From Carcharhinus longimanus (taxonomy: Eukaryota): DNA of 64,000 nt. Where the stretch lies: positions 70,396,930-70,460,929 of the forward strand of contig JASCQW010000190.1 in assembly GCA_030264375.1 (NCBI GenBank), read 5' to 3'. The notes under the pieces are model-generated. The model ran no database searches, was not told where the DNA came from, and saw only the letters and a list, made by a program, of their open reading frames with translations. Shown here piece by piece: positions 38,185 to 51,337 of the stretch. The position numbers were made by a program, and so were the translations under genes. Position 1 is the first letter of the stretch. Each line of letters begins with the position of its first letter.

Positions 38185-38620
38185 AATTAAGTATTGTTGA
38201 AGTTGTAATAATGAAAATCTGTTGCAATGATGCAAATGTGACAGTTAATTTGTGCATAGCATGATCTAATGAGCAGCAACAATATAACATGGTTAGTTGG
38301 CCAAGACAGAGAGAGAACACCCCTCCTCTTCTTTGAAAACAATAGAATGCTGCATGCCGGTGTTGATAAAGAAGAAATGTAGCCATTGGTGCAGCACTGT
38401 GAGAAGGAAATAGTACACAACATGGGCAGTATTTAATGGGATTTGGAAAAAGAGGAAATGTGGAAGGTTGGGAGATTTGATTAGGCGGGAGCCAAAATCT
38501 AATATTTTCAACACCGTTGTTGAGCTTGAGATAGAGTGGGCAGCGTGTCAGCAGCAAAGTGGCCAACACTCCACCTAGTGGCTGGAGATTATTTACCATT
38601 CATTTGCATGCAATGAATAC
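38185..38620. promoter_or_regulatory. Candidate distal enhancer and CTCF-like site
   Basis: Octamers at 38230-37 and 38602-09; SOX motifs at 38193, 38278 and 38338; CTCF-like CCACTAGGTGGAG on the minus strand at 38569-82; no recognisable repeat. Confidence 0.4.
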
Positions 38621-39454
38621 TCATTTATTGAGAAGCAAAGTAAGTACAATCCTGCCTTCAAGATTAAGTCAGTGATACACTGGAAACTCATGCCTCCTAT
38701 TTCCTCAGTTCTTAAAGATGCCATGCACCAGGTAAGCTTGTTCAATGTTTGGAACTGAGTTGAGGTTTTGTCTGTCTAATAAGTGGGGGATGGTACCAGG
38801 GAAGATAATGGACAGGATGAGATTGGGAATGCTGAATGTGATGCTCGGGTCACCAAATGGTGCAGTGGTTGGGATGGCAAGGGGATGGTGCTTATGCTCA
38901 GGTCCTGAAGTGGCAGCAAGGCACTGACACATTTGTGGGGAGAAGGTGTCTGAAGGAATCCAGACTCTGTCCTATAGGGAGGGGTCTGACATTGTAGTGC
39001 CCTCTTCCTTTGTGAATGAAAGGGAGGCAGCTGCAACATGGCAGGCCAACAGTCAGACCTGCGACATTGATGTTGAAGCAAGACAGAACCAACTGCAGGG
39101 TAGCAGTTTTACTGCCCATCAACCTGCCTACGAATAAACTGCTCTGTTGCTAAAGATCAGATCCTTCCCAGAAACTTTGGTCTTGCAGGAGATCAGGTTG
39201 TTGTGGGATGAGCCCACTGTGGGATGGGAGGGGAGGAGTTCTGGGTCATTCATTCAGCATCATAAAAATCATGTATTCCCATTGATCAAATGTGGCTGCT
39301 CTAGGGAGGGAAGACAAATCAACAGAGATGTCCATATCATTGCACACAGCTCACTTTGTGGATCTGAAATGAGCTTTATATACCCAATATTTTTACAATG
39401 TCAGATAGTGAAGGAGAGGATTTGCCAGGGGAGGCACTTGGTCTCAGAATAACT

Positions 39455-39815
39455 GGGAGAGGTGATGGTATAGTGTTACTGTCATTGGACGAATAATCCA
39501 AAGACCCAGGGTAATGCTCTGGGGACCCAGGTTCAAATACCACCATGGCAGGTCATGAAGTTTGAATTCAATAAAAATCTGGGAGTAAAAGTCCAATGAT
39601 GACCATGAAACCATCTTCAATGATTGTAAATATCCATCTGGTTCACTAATATCCTCTGGGAAGGAAATCTGCCATCCTTATCTGGTCTAGCCTACATGTG
39701 ACTCCAAACCCACAGCAATGTGGTTGACTCTGACATACACTCAGGTCAGGTCATGGGATGGACAATAAATGCTGGCCCAGACAGCAATATCCACATACCC
39801 CAAACAAATTAAAAA
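39455..39815 (+). mobile_element. tRNA-derived SINE family B
   Basis: Co-linear with 10735-11070: taatccaaagacccagg, ggttcaaat, gaaggaaatctgccatcctta, caataaatgctggc. Confidence 0.9.
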
Positions 39816-39859
39816 ATACATAGGTAACATCAACCAACATCAACTGAGGGGGAAGGAGG

Positions 39860-40100
39860 TCAGGAGGAAGGCAGTCTCCTGTCTTCGTCATTGAAGAGCA
39901 CTGATGTCTGACAGGCAATGTCACATATGGCTAAGGTTTTCTTGGGAGGTGTCCATCATCAATTATGGCTGCATATGCAACCTTGTTACATTGCCTCGAG
40001 AATACAAATCATGGCAAATACATTACCATCCAATAAAACTGAACTCTAACATTGTTGCCTACATCAGTGAGATATCCCCCAGTCCCCTTTATTCAGCAGT
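39860..40100 (+). mobile_element. PIF/Harbinger transposase (HARBI1-like) N-terminal relic
   Basis: MSDRQCHIWLRFSWEV resembles the MS..QC.RRLRFSRE motif of HARBI1-like transposases; heavily decayed downstream. Confidence 0.4.
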
Positions 40101-40182
40101 GGCTGGGCAATGTCCCAATAAATGCTCATAATGATAAAGTGGCCAAAATTTACTGCGATATCTATATGCATGTGTGTACTGT

Positions 40183-41580
40183 AACATAGAAACATAGAAA
40201 CTAGCAGGAGCAGGCCATTCACTCCTTTGAGTCTGCTCCACATGACTGATCATCAAATTCAAAACCCTGATCCTGCCTTCTCCTGATATACCTTGTTCCC
40301 TTTATGAATTCTCCCGTTTCTGACTGTAAGGGCCCTACATTCGTTTTTGTCAATCATTTTCTCTTTGGGTATCGATAAAAACTTTTACAGTTGGCATTAA
40401 TGTTCTCTACTTTCTATTTTCCCCTTCTTAATCAATCCCTTGGTCCTCCTTTGCTAAATTTTAAACTGTTCCCAAGCCTCAGGCCTATTGTTTCTTCTTG
40501 CCAATGTGCATGCTTTTTCTTTGAATCTAATACTATCGCTAATTTGCCTTGTAAGAAATAGCTTGGCCACAATTCCCTTACTACCCTTGTGCCAAACAGG
40601 AATAAACAATTTTTGGAGTTCACCTCTTAATTCCTTCCTTTCAGTAATGTTTCCCAATCCATCATAAGCAATTCATGTCTCATTCAATCATAGTTACCTT
40701 TATTTAGATTCAGCACCCTGGTCTCAAAATCAACAATGTCACTATCTGCCTTGACAAATAATTTTCTTAGGTTATGGTCACTCATCCTCAAGGGTTCTCC
40801 CACGACTACATTGCCAACAAATCCTTACTCATTGCACAATATCCGGTCCAATATGGCCTGTTCCTTGTTGGTTCCTCAACTTATTGGTCGAGAAAACTAT
40901 CTGGTATGTACTCCAGAAATTTCTCCTCTATTGTACTGTGACTAATTTGACTCTCCCAATTTTTATGCAGATTAAAGCCATCCACAATCACAGATGTTAC
41001 TTCAACATATGCATCTCAGATTTCCTGTCAAATCCTTTTCCCAATGTTGCCACTACAGTTTGGTGGCCTGAATACCAACCCCACAAATATTTTTTACCCC
41101 TTTGTGTTTCTTAACTTGACCCATAGAGATTCCACATCATCTGTGCTAATGTCTTTCCTCAATATCGTATAATACCTTAGTTAATCTACAATGCAACCCC
41201 ACCATCTTTTCCTTTCTGTCTACCCTTCTTCAAGACTGACGAGCCCTCAATGTTTAGCTCCCATCCTTGGTTACCTTGGAGCCATGTCTCCATAATGCCA
41301 ACTATATCATACCCCTTTACATCTATCTGTAGAACTAATTCATCCATTTTGTTTCATATGCTTCGAGCATTCAGACACAAAACCTTAAGGTGAACACTTT
41401 TAGTGTTTCTTGTCCTGTTCCGACTTTTTTTTTTACTGTGTCCTTATCTGACTCTGGCCCTTGATTTCTCTGCCAATCATTTTTTTGTATTCTCCATGCT
41501 GTTGTTTCCTCTTGTTCTTGATTCCCCATGCTCTGAAGCCTTACATAGGTTCCCATCCCCGTCATGTTAGTTTAAACCTA
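40183..41580 (-). mobile_element. CR1 LINE, internally deleted and decayed
   Basis: aacatagaaacatagaaa end plus gcaggccattc tail; upstream ORF2/endonuclease-like sequence (agccatgtctccataatg, tcgagcattcagac). Confidence 0.8.
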
Positions 41581-41917
41581 ACAGTGTCTCAGCACCTGTG
41601 CCATCATCGTGCTCACAATGTTTCTTCATTTTCCTTTTCCAATCATCACACTTTCTTGCGACCCTGACATCAGCAGCTGCTGAGGAGGCAGTCTGTTGAG
41701 AACTGTCCTTTGTTGTGTGACTGCACAGGTACCACATGCACTTAAAATTTGCATTGTGAGGGCTACCGTAACATAACCAGAACTGATGTTCACTTCCTGT
41801 TCCACCATCAGGAGCAAAGTTCTTCCTATTGAATTTCACGCCATATGTCTGAGAACAAAGGTGTAGCTGTCATTGGCAGGAATCTATGTTTTCTCATCAT
41901 TCTCATCATAGGGTATG

Positions 41918-42110
41918 GGAACATTGGAGAATAGGTGCAGGGGTAAGCCATTCAGCCCTTTGAGTCTAATCTACCCTGCCATTCAATAAGATTATGGCTG
42001 ATCCATCCATGCCCCATAACCCTTGACCCTCTTGTGCATTAAAAATTCTACTAATTCTGCCTTAAATAAATGATTCAACCTCCATTACTTTCTGAGAAGA
42101 GAATTCTACT
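41918..42110 (-). mobile_element. CR1 3' tail fragment
   Basis: aagccattcagccctttgag...ccattcaataagattatggctgatc. Confidence 0.8.
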
Positions 42111-42119
42111 TACTTACAA

Positions 42120-42465
42120 GGTGGGTGTCATTGGTAACATTGGCATTTAATATCCATCTCAGGTCACCACAACCCAATGGCTGGTTCAGCTGCTACAGAG
42201 GAGAGTTAGGAGTTACACACATTGGTGTCGAAGTGGAGTTACAGCAAAGTCAAAGGAGGTAAAGAGAGAAAGTTTTCTTCCTTGAAGGACATGAATGAAG
42301 GATTCGATTTTTCTGCTAATCACACCTTTATGGTTACTTTTACTGATGTCAGCTTTTAAAAAATCTAGCTTTTGTGAACTGAATTCAAATGCTTTAAACT
42401 GCCATAATGGGATTTGAACTCACACTCTTTGGCATATTATTTCAGGCCTCCGGATTACCATCCAG
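42120..42465 (-). mobile_element. SINE family B, old copy
   Basis: ttttcttccttgaaggacat, gaattcaaat, gggatttgaactc, ggcctccggattac. Confidence 0.65.
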
Positions 42466-42744
42466 AACAATTGCAACGTAATAAGGGGAAAAAGAACAGA
42501 CGACATTGGAAGGACATGACCTGCTATGAGTACTATCCTCTGCATGCTTTAAAAGAACCAGTTTCCAGGGCATTGCAGAATAGCAAAGCATGAAGAAGCT
42601 TACTCAACAGAAGGTTGCGACTGAGATGTTGCACATTGTTTATAAAGTCTTGCATGGATAGTCAGTCCCTGCCGGCATGCGTGACCAGTGAAGTTCGTCA
42701 AACTGCTTTCAATTAAAGGCGTTCTCTCAGGATCCTGTCAGTTT

Positions 42745-43050
42745 GTCCTTGGAGAGATAGTAACCAAAAGATACACGTTTATGGTAATTGGTAAGAGAAC
42801 CAGAGGCACGATGAGGAGGCAATTTTTAAAAACAAAAAGTTATGATGTGGAATGAAACAATAACAATAGCATTGCCAATAATCTTTCAAATGGGAAGTGG
42901 ACAAATCCTTAATGGGGAAGTTTTTCAGGTATATGGGGAAAGAGCAACAGATTGGGACTAATTTGGCCATTCTTTCAAATGACCAGACTGGCACAATGGA
43001 TCCACAGTCTCCTTCAATATTGTATCATTCCATGGTTCTGTATGATTCTA
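42745..43050 (+). mobile_element. CR1 3' tail fragment
   Basis: ccagaggcacgatgagg...tttcaaatgggaagtggacaaat...attctgtatgattcta end. Confidence 0.75.
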
Positions 43051-43451
43051 TAAATGCCACTTCTACTTTTGTGCATTAAATAATGGAATTAAACTGATTT
43101 CATTTTGTGTAGCAGTTCACTTTGTGTTCCTGATGTGTTTTCTTCCTGTCTGCTGCATTGACATTGAATTTACTTTATAGGAACAGGTTATTTGGCTCAA
43201 AAGATCTATGTCGAGGTTTATGCTGCAAACAGGATTGCCCTCACACTATTAATTGCATTTCCCCCTATCAATATTCCCTTCTGTGCAGCATGACCTCTTT
43301 CCTCTGAGTTGTTATGATCTCCGTAGAGGCCAATAACTTTTAAAAGAAATTCAGACTTCCAGTTAATAGCTGAAAGGTTGACGCAACAAGATTTCCATGT
43401 GCTAAGATCTTTATTGGAACAAACAGACCAAAAGCACTCTTACCTAAACAT

Positions 43452-43990
43452 TGGCCAGAAATTTACATTTATCTCAGGTGGGTTTTGAGGCACAGGATGG
43501 GGTAGAGTGAGGGGGCTTCTCTCCAGGATCCCACCCAACCCAACACAGGCACAATTTGATGGTTAGGTGGGCAGGGCCCTTAGGTGGGGAACCTGCCCTT
43601 TCCCCCATTAAGGCCTAGGGTAGCTTCTTTATGGCTACTTAAGAACGTTTTCCCACCCAGCCTCAATTGATAGACTGGTGGGAATGGGTCAGAGCAGAGT
43701 AGGAAACTGAAAAATGAATAAATCTATCCCCCAACAGCGAGATCCCTCATCCTCCTGACTCCTCCTCCCTATCCCCTCCTCCAGGGCATCCCCTACCCTG
43801 TGGGCCCCTGGACCCCCAGGACTTACCTCAAGTGCAGTCCCATGACTTACGCCGAGGTACAGTGCTACAGCACCTCTATTGGCCACTGCAGCACTATGCC
43901 TGGATGGGCTGGGGAGCTGTCGGCCAATCAAGCTCTCCAAAGTGGGCTTTTCAGTGGCTGATGCTGCCAATTAATGTTTAATTAATTGTA
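43452..43990. mobile_element. GC-richer MITE-like non-autonomous DNA element
   Basis: Abrupt compositional shift beginning ggccagaaatttac; resembles fish and shark Harbinger-type MITEs; right terminus uncertain. Confidence 0.4.
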
Positions 43991-44534
43991 AATGACATTG
44001 AGCCTGTCAAAGGTGACAGGAATGGCTTATACGGTGACTTGAAAAGGCCTTTATCCCTGGAGGAAACTTGTACCTTAAACCACGAAACAGAACATTCCTT
44101 TTTTCCTTTTAGCACAATGGAAAAGACGCTTTATAGATATACATTGTGCTGTACTTTAAGTAGATATTCAATTCTCTTGGACCTAGTCCAAGGTTATTCT
44201 TCACGCGTGGGAGTTTACTTCTATTCTTTCCCTTTCTCAGTCTGAGAATGTTTAATCTCAAAACTATCTTTCACAGTGAAGTCTTTTTGCTGGAGATTCT
44301 TCCTCAAGTGCAAATCTTCTAACCTTCATTTTAACTCCTCATGAATTTGTTCTTTTCAGTCTGAGTGTGAGCTCCCACCTATGTGGGAAACCACACTTCT
44401 TGCTGCCTATATCTTCTCTTCCTTTTTCAGATCTAGGAAGACTAACCTCGTCTGTGAATTGTTTGGGAAACCTTAGACCCTTCCCCTCTCAAAGTTTACC
44501 TCCATGGCAGCACAAATCACACAGATCTTGTAAA

Positions 44535-46375
44535 CAGGTAAATGAATCAGTATTCCACCGTGTGGAACACCACTTGGAGGAAACACTGAGGCAAGGGCAC
44601 AGAATGTACTCTGGATGGGGGACTTCAATGGCTATCATCAAGAGTGGCTTGGTAGCTTGATAACTGACTGAGCTGGTCAAGTCCTAAAGGACATTGCTGA
44701 TAGACTGAGTCTGCGGCAGATGTGAGGGAACTAACAAGGGTGAATAAATCTACTTGACATTGTTCTCATCAATCCACCTTTTGCCAATGCATCCTGGCCA
44801 AGACAGTACCAGTAGGAGTCACCACTGCACCGTCCTTGTGGAGACAAAGTCCCATCTTCACACTGAAGATACCCTCTATCATGTTGTGTGGGTCTACCAT
44901 CCTGCTAAATGGGATAGATTTTGAACAAATCCAGCATCCATAAGGCACTTTGGGCTATCAGCAGCAGCAGAATTGTACTCCAGCACAATCTGTAACATCA
45001 TGGCCCAACATATTCCCTCACTCTATCATTACTATCAAGCCAGGGAATCAACCCTCGTTCAATGAAGAGTGCAGGAGGGCAAGCCAGGAGCAACATCAGA
45101 CGTGCCTAAAAATGAAGTGTCAACCTGATGAAACCACAACTCAGGATTACTTGTGTATCAAACAACACCAGCTACAAGTAACAGACAGAGCTAATCAATC
45201 CCACAACCAATGGATCAGATCTAAGCTCTGCAGTCCTGCCAAATCCAGCCATGAATAGTGGTGGACAATTAAACAACTCACGGGAGGAGGATACTCCACA
45301 AATATCCCCATCCTCAATGATGGTGGAGCCCAGCACATCAGTGCAAAAGATAAGGCTGACACATTGGCAACAAACTTCAACCAGAAGTACCAAGTGATTT
45401 GAGCCAGACCTGGAACAAAGGAAGATTGTTGTGATGGTTGGAAGTCAATCATTTCAGTTCCACAACATCACTGCAGGAGTCCCTCCCATTGTCCAAGGCC
45501 CAGTCATCTTCAGCTGCTTCTCAATGCCTTTCTTTCCATCATCGAGGTCAGAAGTAGAGATTTTTGCTGATGTTTGCACTATGTTCAGTACCATTCATGA
45601 CTTCTCAGATACTGAAGCAGCCCATGTCTAAATGCAGCATGACCCGGACAATATGCAATCTTGGGCTAATAAGTGATAAATGACATTGGTGCACACAAGT
45701 GCCAGGCAATGACCATCTCCAACATCTCCAACCATCGACCATTGACATTCAGTGACATTACCATTTCTAATCCCCCACTATCAACATCCTGGGGGATTGC
45801 CATTGATCAGAAACTGAGCTGGACCAGCCATATAAATACTGTGGCTACAAGAGCAGATCGGAGGCTGGGAATTCTGTGGCAAGTAAGCCTGTCCACCATT
45901 TACAAGGCATGGAATACTCTCCACTTGACTCTCCAACAATTTTCAAGAAGCTCAACAAGAAGCTCACACAGGACAAAGCAGCCTACTTGATTAGCAGCCC
46001 ATGCAACATCCTGAATATCCACTCCCTCCAACACAATGGCAGCAGTGTATACCATCTACAAGCTGCACTGCAGCAACTCACCAAATTTCCTTCGATAGTA
46101 CCTTCCAACTCTGTGACCTCTACCATCTAGAAGGACAATTGCTGCCAATGCATGGGAAGACCACCACCTGCAAGTTCTCCAAGGACACAGCATCTTGACT
46201 TGGAAATATATCTCTGTTTCTTCACTGTCACTGGGTCAAAGTGTAGCAACTCCCTCCCTAACAGTACAGTGGGTGTTCAAGAAGGTGGCTTACCACCACT
46301 TTCTCAAGGGCAATTAAGGATGAGCAATAAATGCTGGTCTAGCCACTGATGCCCACATCCTCTGAAAAGATTTTT
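44535..46375 (+). mobile_element. CR1-group LINE, same family as 3960-4855, internally deleted
   Basis: Endonuclease-like VEHHLEE...gggggacttcaatg; NQWIRSKLCSPA; IFADVCTMF; tail caataaatgctggtctagccactgatgcccacatcc. Confidence 0.9.
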
Positions 46376-47889
46376 TAAAAATCTCGCTATCCACCAATTG
46401 TTTTCCTCATTTAGAGACATATTTATTAATCTGCATATTTTGCTCCAAAATGTTGAATGTTCCCCAACTTTCAAGGTCTACCGATCAACTATTCCCAGTA
46501 AGTAATATGTTTAATATTTAAGCCTCCTACAGCAGGCTACACTGCCAATTTTATGCAGTGTTTCCCTTTGATCATATCTGGATTGAAATGGGATGATTTG
46601 TTGCATGGTAATTCCTTAAAGAACACAAAGAGTCCATTTGCTACATTGCACCTGTTCTAGTTGTTTGCTGGAGTGGTACCTGCCTTTTTCAATCATGGTT
46701 ACTTTTACCTTATCTACATCATTGCTGATATTTCTCTACATCAACACAGAAGATTTTTGCATAACAAGCCCTGGTTTAATTCATGTCCATATGTGTACTG
46801 GACAGTCATTGTACAATAATATTTATAGCTCACTCTTTTTCATGTTTTTGCAGTCATGCGATTTCTTTCAGGCCCAATGCCAGGCCTCCAGATTTGCTGT
46901 GGCTGTGCTTTTCCTCTGAAGTGTTCCCACACACTTATTGTATTTTGTTACATGGACGGATACTCGCCTCAACAGCGAGGAAGCTGCTCACACACAATAT
47001 AGGGGTGACCACTACATTCAGGGGTGACCACTGAACGAATTGCATAGTTCTCAGCTGTATTAATATGCGAGCTGACACTGACATTTGTATTGATTGGTGA
47101 GTTTGTTAGGTGCTTTTGAAGTGCTAATAGCTCATTATTGCATTGTGATTGACTGAATATCTTTTTTTACAAGTCCTAGCTAATGAAATCACATTTCTCA
47201 AAAATGCATGTCTCCATCTTGTTAATTTGTTAGCATGTTATACATTCTGATGAAAAAATATTTTTCTCAGCCAGAGGGACAGATAGGATTGTGTAACTAG
47301 CCAGACTTTATGATGTGACTAGCGATCTTAGTGTAAGGAGAATAATTTGTTTGCCTACCCAAGGACAGCACATTTCCTCCAGCTACTGCTGTAGTGTGAT
47401 GGCGGTGAAATGGTCAGCTTTTGCTATCATTACTCCAATAAAACTGACAAGAACTTTGGGAGACACAGGCTGAGTATGCGGAAACCCAAGGGTTGCTGTC
47501 AATGGGCCATCACTCCTACATAGGGGTGTGTAGAGACTCCCATGGGCTGCAATTGGTGAACTGACAAGAACTTTCACTGTTAAGCTGTTTAAAATATCCT
47601 AGAAACAGTTACAGTGTTTCCAATTTCCAATCATTTACACTGATGTTTCCTATAATTTACACTGTTACACTATCAGAATGGGAATTAATGAAATTTGAAC
47701 TGCATATTAATTTCATAACTGTTGTAAGAACCCTTGCTGTCACTGGAAAGCTAATTTTATATATGGGGATGTGAAATTTCTGCACATTGGTTAATAAAAG
47801 TTACATAATTTAAAAAAAATTAAAGAATTTGTTTTTTGCAAAGTCTGTGTAGCTTCCATTGTAATGCAGTCATTAGATCTATTGGAATA

Positions 47890-48130
47890 CCACTACCTGG
47901 AAGTTCCCCACCAAGTCACTCACCGTCCTGACTTGGAAATATAGCAGCTCCTTCGCAGTCGCTGGATCAAATTCCTGGAATTCCCTTTCTAACGGCATTG
48001 TGGGTCAACCCACAGAACTTGGACTGCAGTGATTCAAGAAGACAGCTCACCACCACCTTCTCAAGGGCAAATAGGGATGGGCAATAAATGCTGGCCAACC
48101 AGTGGCGCCCCTGCCCCACAAATGAAAAAA
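47890..48130 (+). mobile_element. 3' tail of the same LINE family
   Basis: cctgacttggaaatata...cagctcaccaccaccttctcaagggcaa...gggcaataaatgctggcc. Confidence 0.88.
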
Positions 48131-48189
48131 AAAATCGATCATTAGGTGCTTTATGCTGAAATTTGTTGAGTGTTATTTTAGTGTCGGAG

Positions 48190-48590
48190 CTGCGCTGATC
48201 CAAGCACAATATCTCAACTGATACTCCCTGTGAAGTATTGAGGAGGTGTTGCACTGTTAGTCACTGTCTTTGGAATGAGACATTAAATATTGTGCCCATT
48301 TGCTTTCTCAAAGGGATATTAAAGATCCCCATGGTATAAATTTGAAGAAAAGAGGGGCTAGCCCTATTGTCCAGCCAACATTTATCCCTCAATCGACATC
48401 ATCAAACATTTTGTCTATCTTCTCATTACAGCATTGTTATTCATTGGATTTTACTGGATGCCAAGTGGCTGCTATGGTGTCTTTATTACATCAGTGACGA
48501 CAATTCAACAGTATTTCATGGGCTGTAGAATGCTGTGGGATATCCTGAGGACATGTAGGGTGCCATATAAATGAAATTTCTTTTCTTTTC
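48190..48590 (+). mobile_element. DeuSINE (SacSINE1-like)
   Basis: atgagacattaaa, aaagatccccatgg, gccaacatttatccctcaa, gggatatcctgagg...atataaatg. Confidence 0.8.
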
Positions 48591-50234
48591 CCTCTATTGG
48601 CAAAATTAGCCTTTAGCACTGACTCAACCTGTATGTCTTATGAGGTAAAATTGAATGTTCTTATTATTTTTTAACTTTCTTCCACTTTCCTATAATAACC
48701 TCCCAGAAGGAGCAATTCAGCCTAAAATGCGAACCAATTTACAAGATATCACCAAATTCATTTTGGAATCAATTTTCCCAAAGGCCAGTGCATGGAAAAT
48801 AATTGGCGTTTCTCAGCACTAAACTTCCCAAAGAAAGGTTTCTTTTGGTAGCACTGGACTCCTTGATTAACGGGTAAAAACTCTTCCAATGTTCATCCAA
48901 ATGGAAAGAAGGAGGTGGAACTTGTATCAGCACCTGCAGGGAGCTAGCTCAGCAGAGTCACAGAAGCAAAGAGGAAGGGTACATAGATGCACTATTCAAA
49001 CACAGGAAATGATAGGAAAATGAAGAGGGACTTTGATTCCCTTCTAAGATGTCTTCTCCCTCAGTGACAATGGATTTGACAGTTATGATTTATAGATAAA
49101 TGAGAAACTAGCAGGGTAAAATAGAAGAGCCCCTGAAATCAGGTGTGAAGATGATGATGACCCCTTACCTGTTCTAAAATTGCAGACTGCATGCAAACTT
49201 CATACTGCCTGCACCTTTCCATGATGATGCTGTGCAGCCCAGCTGCTGAATTGTTGCAAACCTGTGTAGGGCGGCCCAACTTTATAAAAAGTTAGCACCA
49301 TTTGCCTGTACTGAGGCAGGCCGCTTTTCTTCATAGTGGGATGCATTCCAGTTGAAGCAGGGGTTGAAACTGCTTATAGAAGAGAGGGAAGACCAGGGAC
49401 CAGCTGCAGGAATGGTGGCGGAGGCCAGCAAGCAGATTCTCAGATTATGCATTGGATGGCTTTTGAATGGGAGCAGAAAGGTCTTCTGCCATCAGGGGGG
49501 TGGGCACAAGGCCCTCCAGTCACTGAGGAAGTAGTGGGAGCAGCTAATTGTAGCAGTCAGTGTCAGCAGTCTAACCCTAGAATGAGAGGGTTGTCCTATG
49601 ATGAAAGTGTGAGTAAATTGGGCCTCCACTCTCGAGTTTAGAAGAATAAGAGCTTTGTGGAATTAGAGAAGATGCGTTCAGCAAGAACATGGTGTCATTT
49701 TCACCAATGCAAAGGCTCTTAGTAACTTTCTATGCAGGCACAGGAGATGCTTCACCTGCCCTTTCACTCCTCCATTCTCACCGTTTAATCATGTGGCCTG
49801 TGATGTGACAGTTCTGGAAAAAGGCTGAGGGGCATAGTGACAGAGATCCTAGGTGTGTTGGCAGGCCTGCCAGACAGCATGTTGTCACTGTCAAAGGGCA
49901 AGGAGCAGTCCAGCTGCAGCTTGGCACAGAGCATCATGCAGAGCATGGAGTTCATTCTTTACAGTGTGGAAGTGATGGTGAATTCCAATTATGCACCCAA
50001 TTCAGCATCCAGTATCTCATGGTGGTTGTCTCAGCTTCCATTGCAGCAGAAGCCATGCAATGCCTGAGTGCCGCAGCAGAAGTTCAGATTGAAGTTATGA
50101 GTCCTCGGCTTGTTGCTGTGTGAATCCAGTTTGGTTCACCATTGGCTCAGAAAGCTGCCAGCGCAGCTGCGGATACGAGAGCTCAAAGGGTCTTTCAGGA
50201 AGGATTTTCAGGCTTTCGCTGTGGTCCAGCGATT

Positions 50235-51337
50235 TGTGAGTTATAGTTCAAATTGGAAACTTCAAAGTTTGTGTGGAGCCTGCCTGAATCATAAATTTTG
50301 CATTTTGAATTTGGCTCGGATAAATAAGATGGGTTTCACTTCAGGTATGATTCAAATGACCCACTAGGAAGCTTTTAACAAACAAAGTTTATTTGAGAAT
50401 ATAGTTAACATGCGCAGTAAGAAAATTAGCAAGAACTTTTATCAATTGCAAACAAACAAAACAACCACTATAATGTAAAACTTTTAATGAATATATCTAA
50501 GATGTTCCAGTCAAAATCAAAACCTTCCATAGACAAACTTCTTTCATAGAATCCCTACAGCGCAGAAAGAAACCATTCAGCTCATCATGTCTGCACCAAC
50601 TACTGTCCCACCCAAGCCATATTCCCATACCCCTCATATTTACCCTGCTAATTCCCCTGACATTAGGGTTAATTTAGTATGGCCAATCAACCTAACCCAC
50701 ATATCTTTGGACTGTGGGAGGAAACCCATGCAGACACAGGGAGAATGTGAAAACTCCATACAGACAGTGACCCGAGGCCTGAATTGAATCTGGGTCCCAG
50801 GCACTGTGAGGCAGCAGTGTTGACACTGCGCCACTGTGTCACCCATAAACAAGTTCAACACAGTAAGGTCTAATGCTCACATGATACTGGAAATTGAGTC
50901 CTTTGGTTGAAGTCGGAAGTCCTCTGGATTCAGTCAGAATAAGTTGAAGTCCAGACAGCTTCTCAGGATCCCCAGGAGAGGTTCGCTAGTCAAGGCATCA
51001 ACAGTAGAATCTTTACTGCAGGAAGGTAAGACCTTGTTGTCCCTTCTAAAACCTAAAACACTCCTGCCAGCCAAAAACAGAAAATGAATTCCCTAGGAAG
51101 GAAAAAAAAACTGACAAAAATCCATGACCTTCCTCCTTAAATGCAGGACCATAAAACCAATCCTACAGTAAACATAAACAATCCCCATTTAAGCTATTGA
51201 TGAAGAAATAATCTCCAGTCAGCCTGGCAACAATGAGAAAAACATACTGAGGCTGTGAGCTAAGAAACCACTGAAGCTGTGAGAGCTGCAGAAATCATAA
51301 TTTAAAACACCTTTCTTAAAGGTACACTAGCATCACA
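50235..51337 (-). mobile_element. Solo-LTR-like insertion
   Basis: TGTGA...TCACA termini, minus-strand AATAAA near 50390, AT-rich block inside a GC-richer host; no clean target site duplication. Confidence 0.5.
50545..50843 (-). mobile_element. V-SINE (HE1-like) with CR1-type tail
   Basis: tttggactgtgggaggaaaccc V-domain (reverse complement), cactgtgaggcagcagtg head, catagaatccctacag tail. Confidence 0.9.

Noticed and set aside
38705-39452. Cluster of 60-100 aa ORFs, with a faint resemblance to the Harbinger catalytic region near 39270-39365
   Set aside because: Too decayed to assign, and it lies on the wrong side of the N-terminal relic for a single co-linear transposase.
43309-46535. Possible solo LTR (tgttatga...cctaca) hosting the MITE and the LINE
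   Set aside because: The termini match only at TGT/ACA and no target site duplication is visible.
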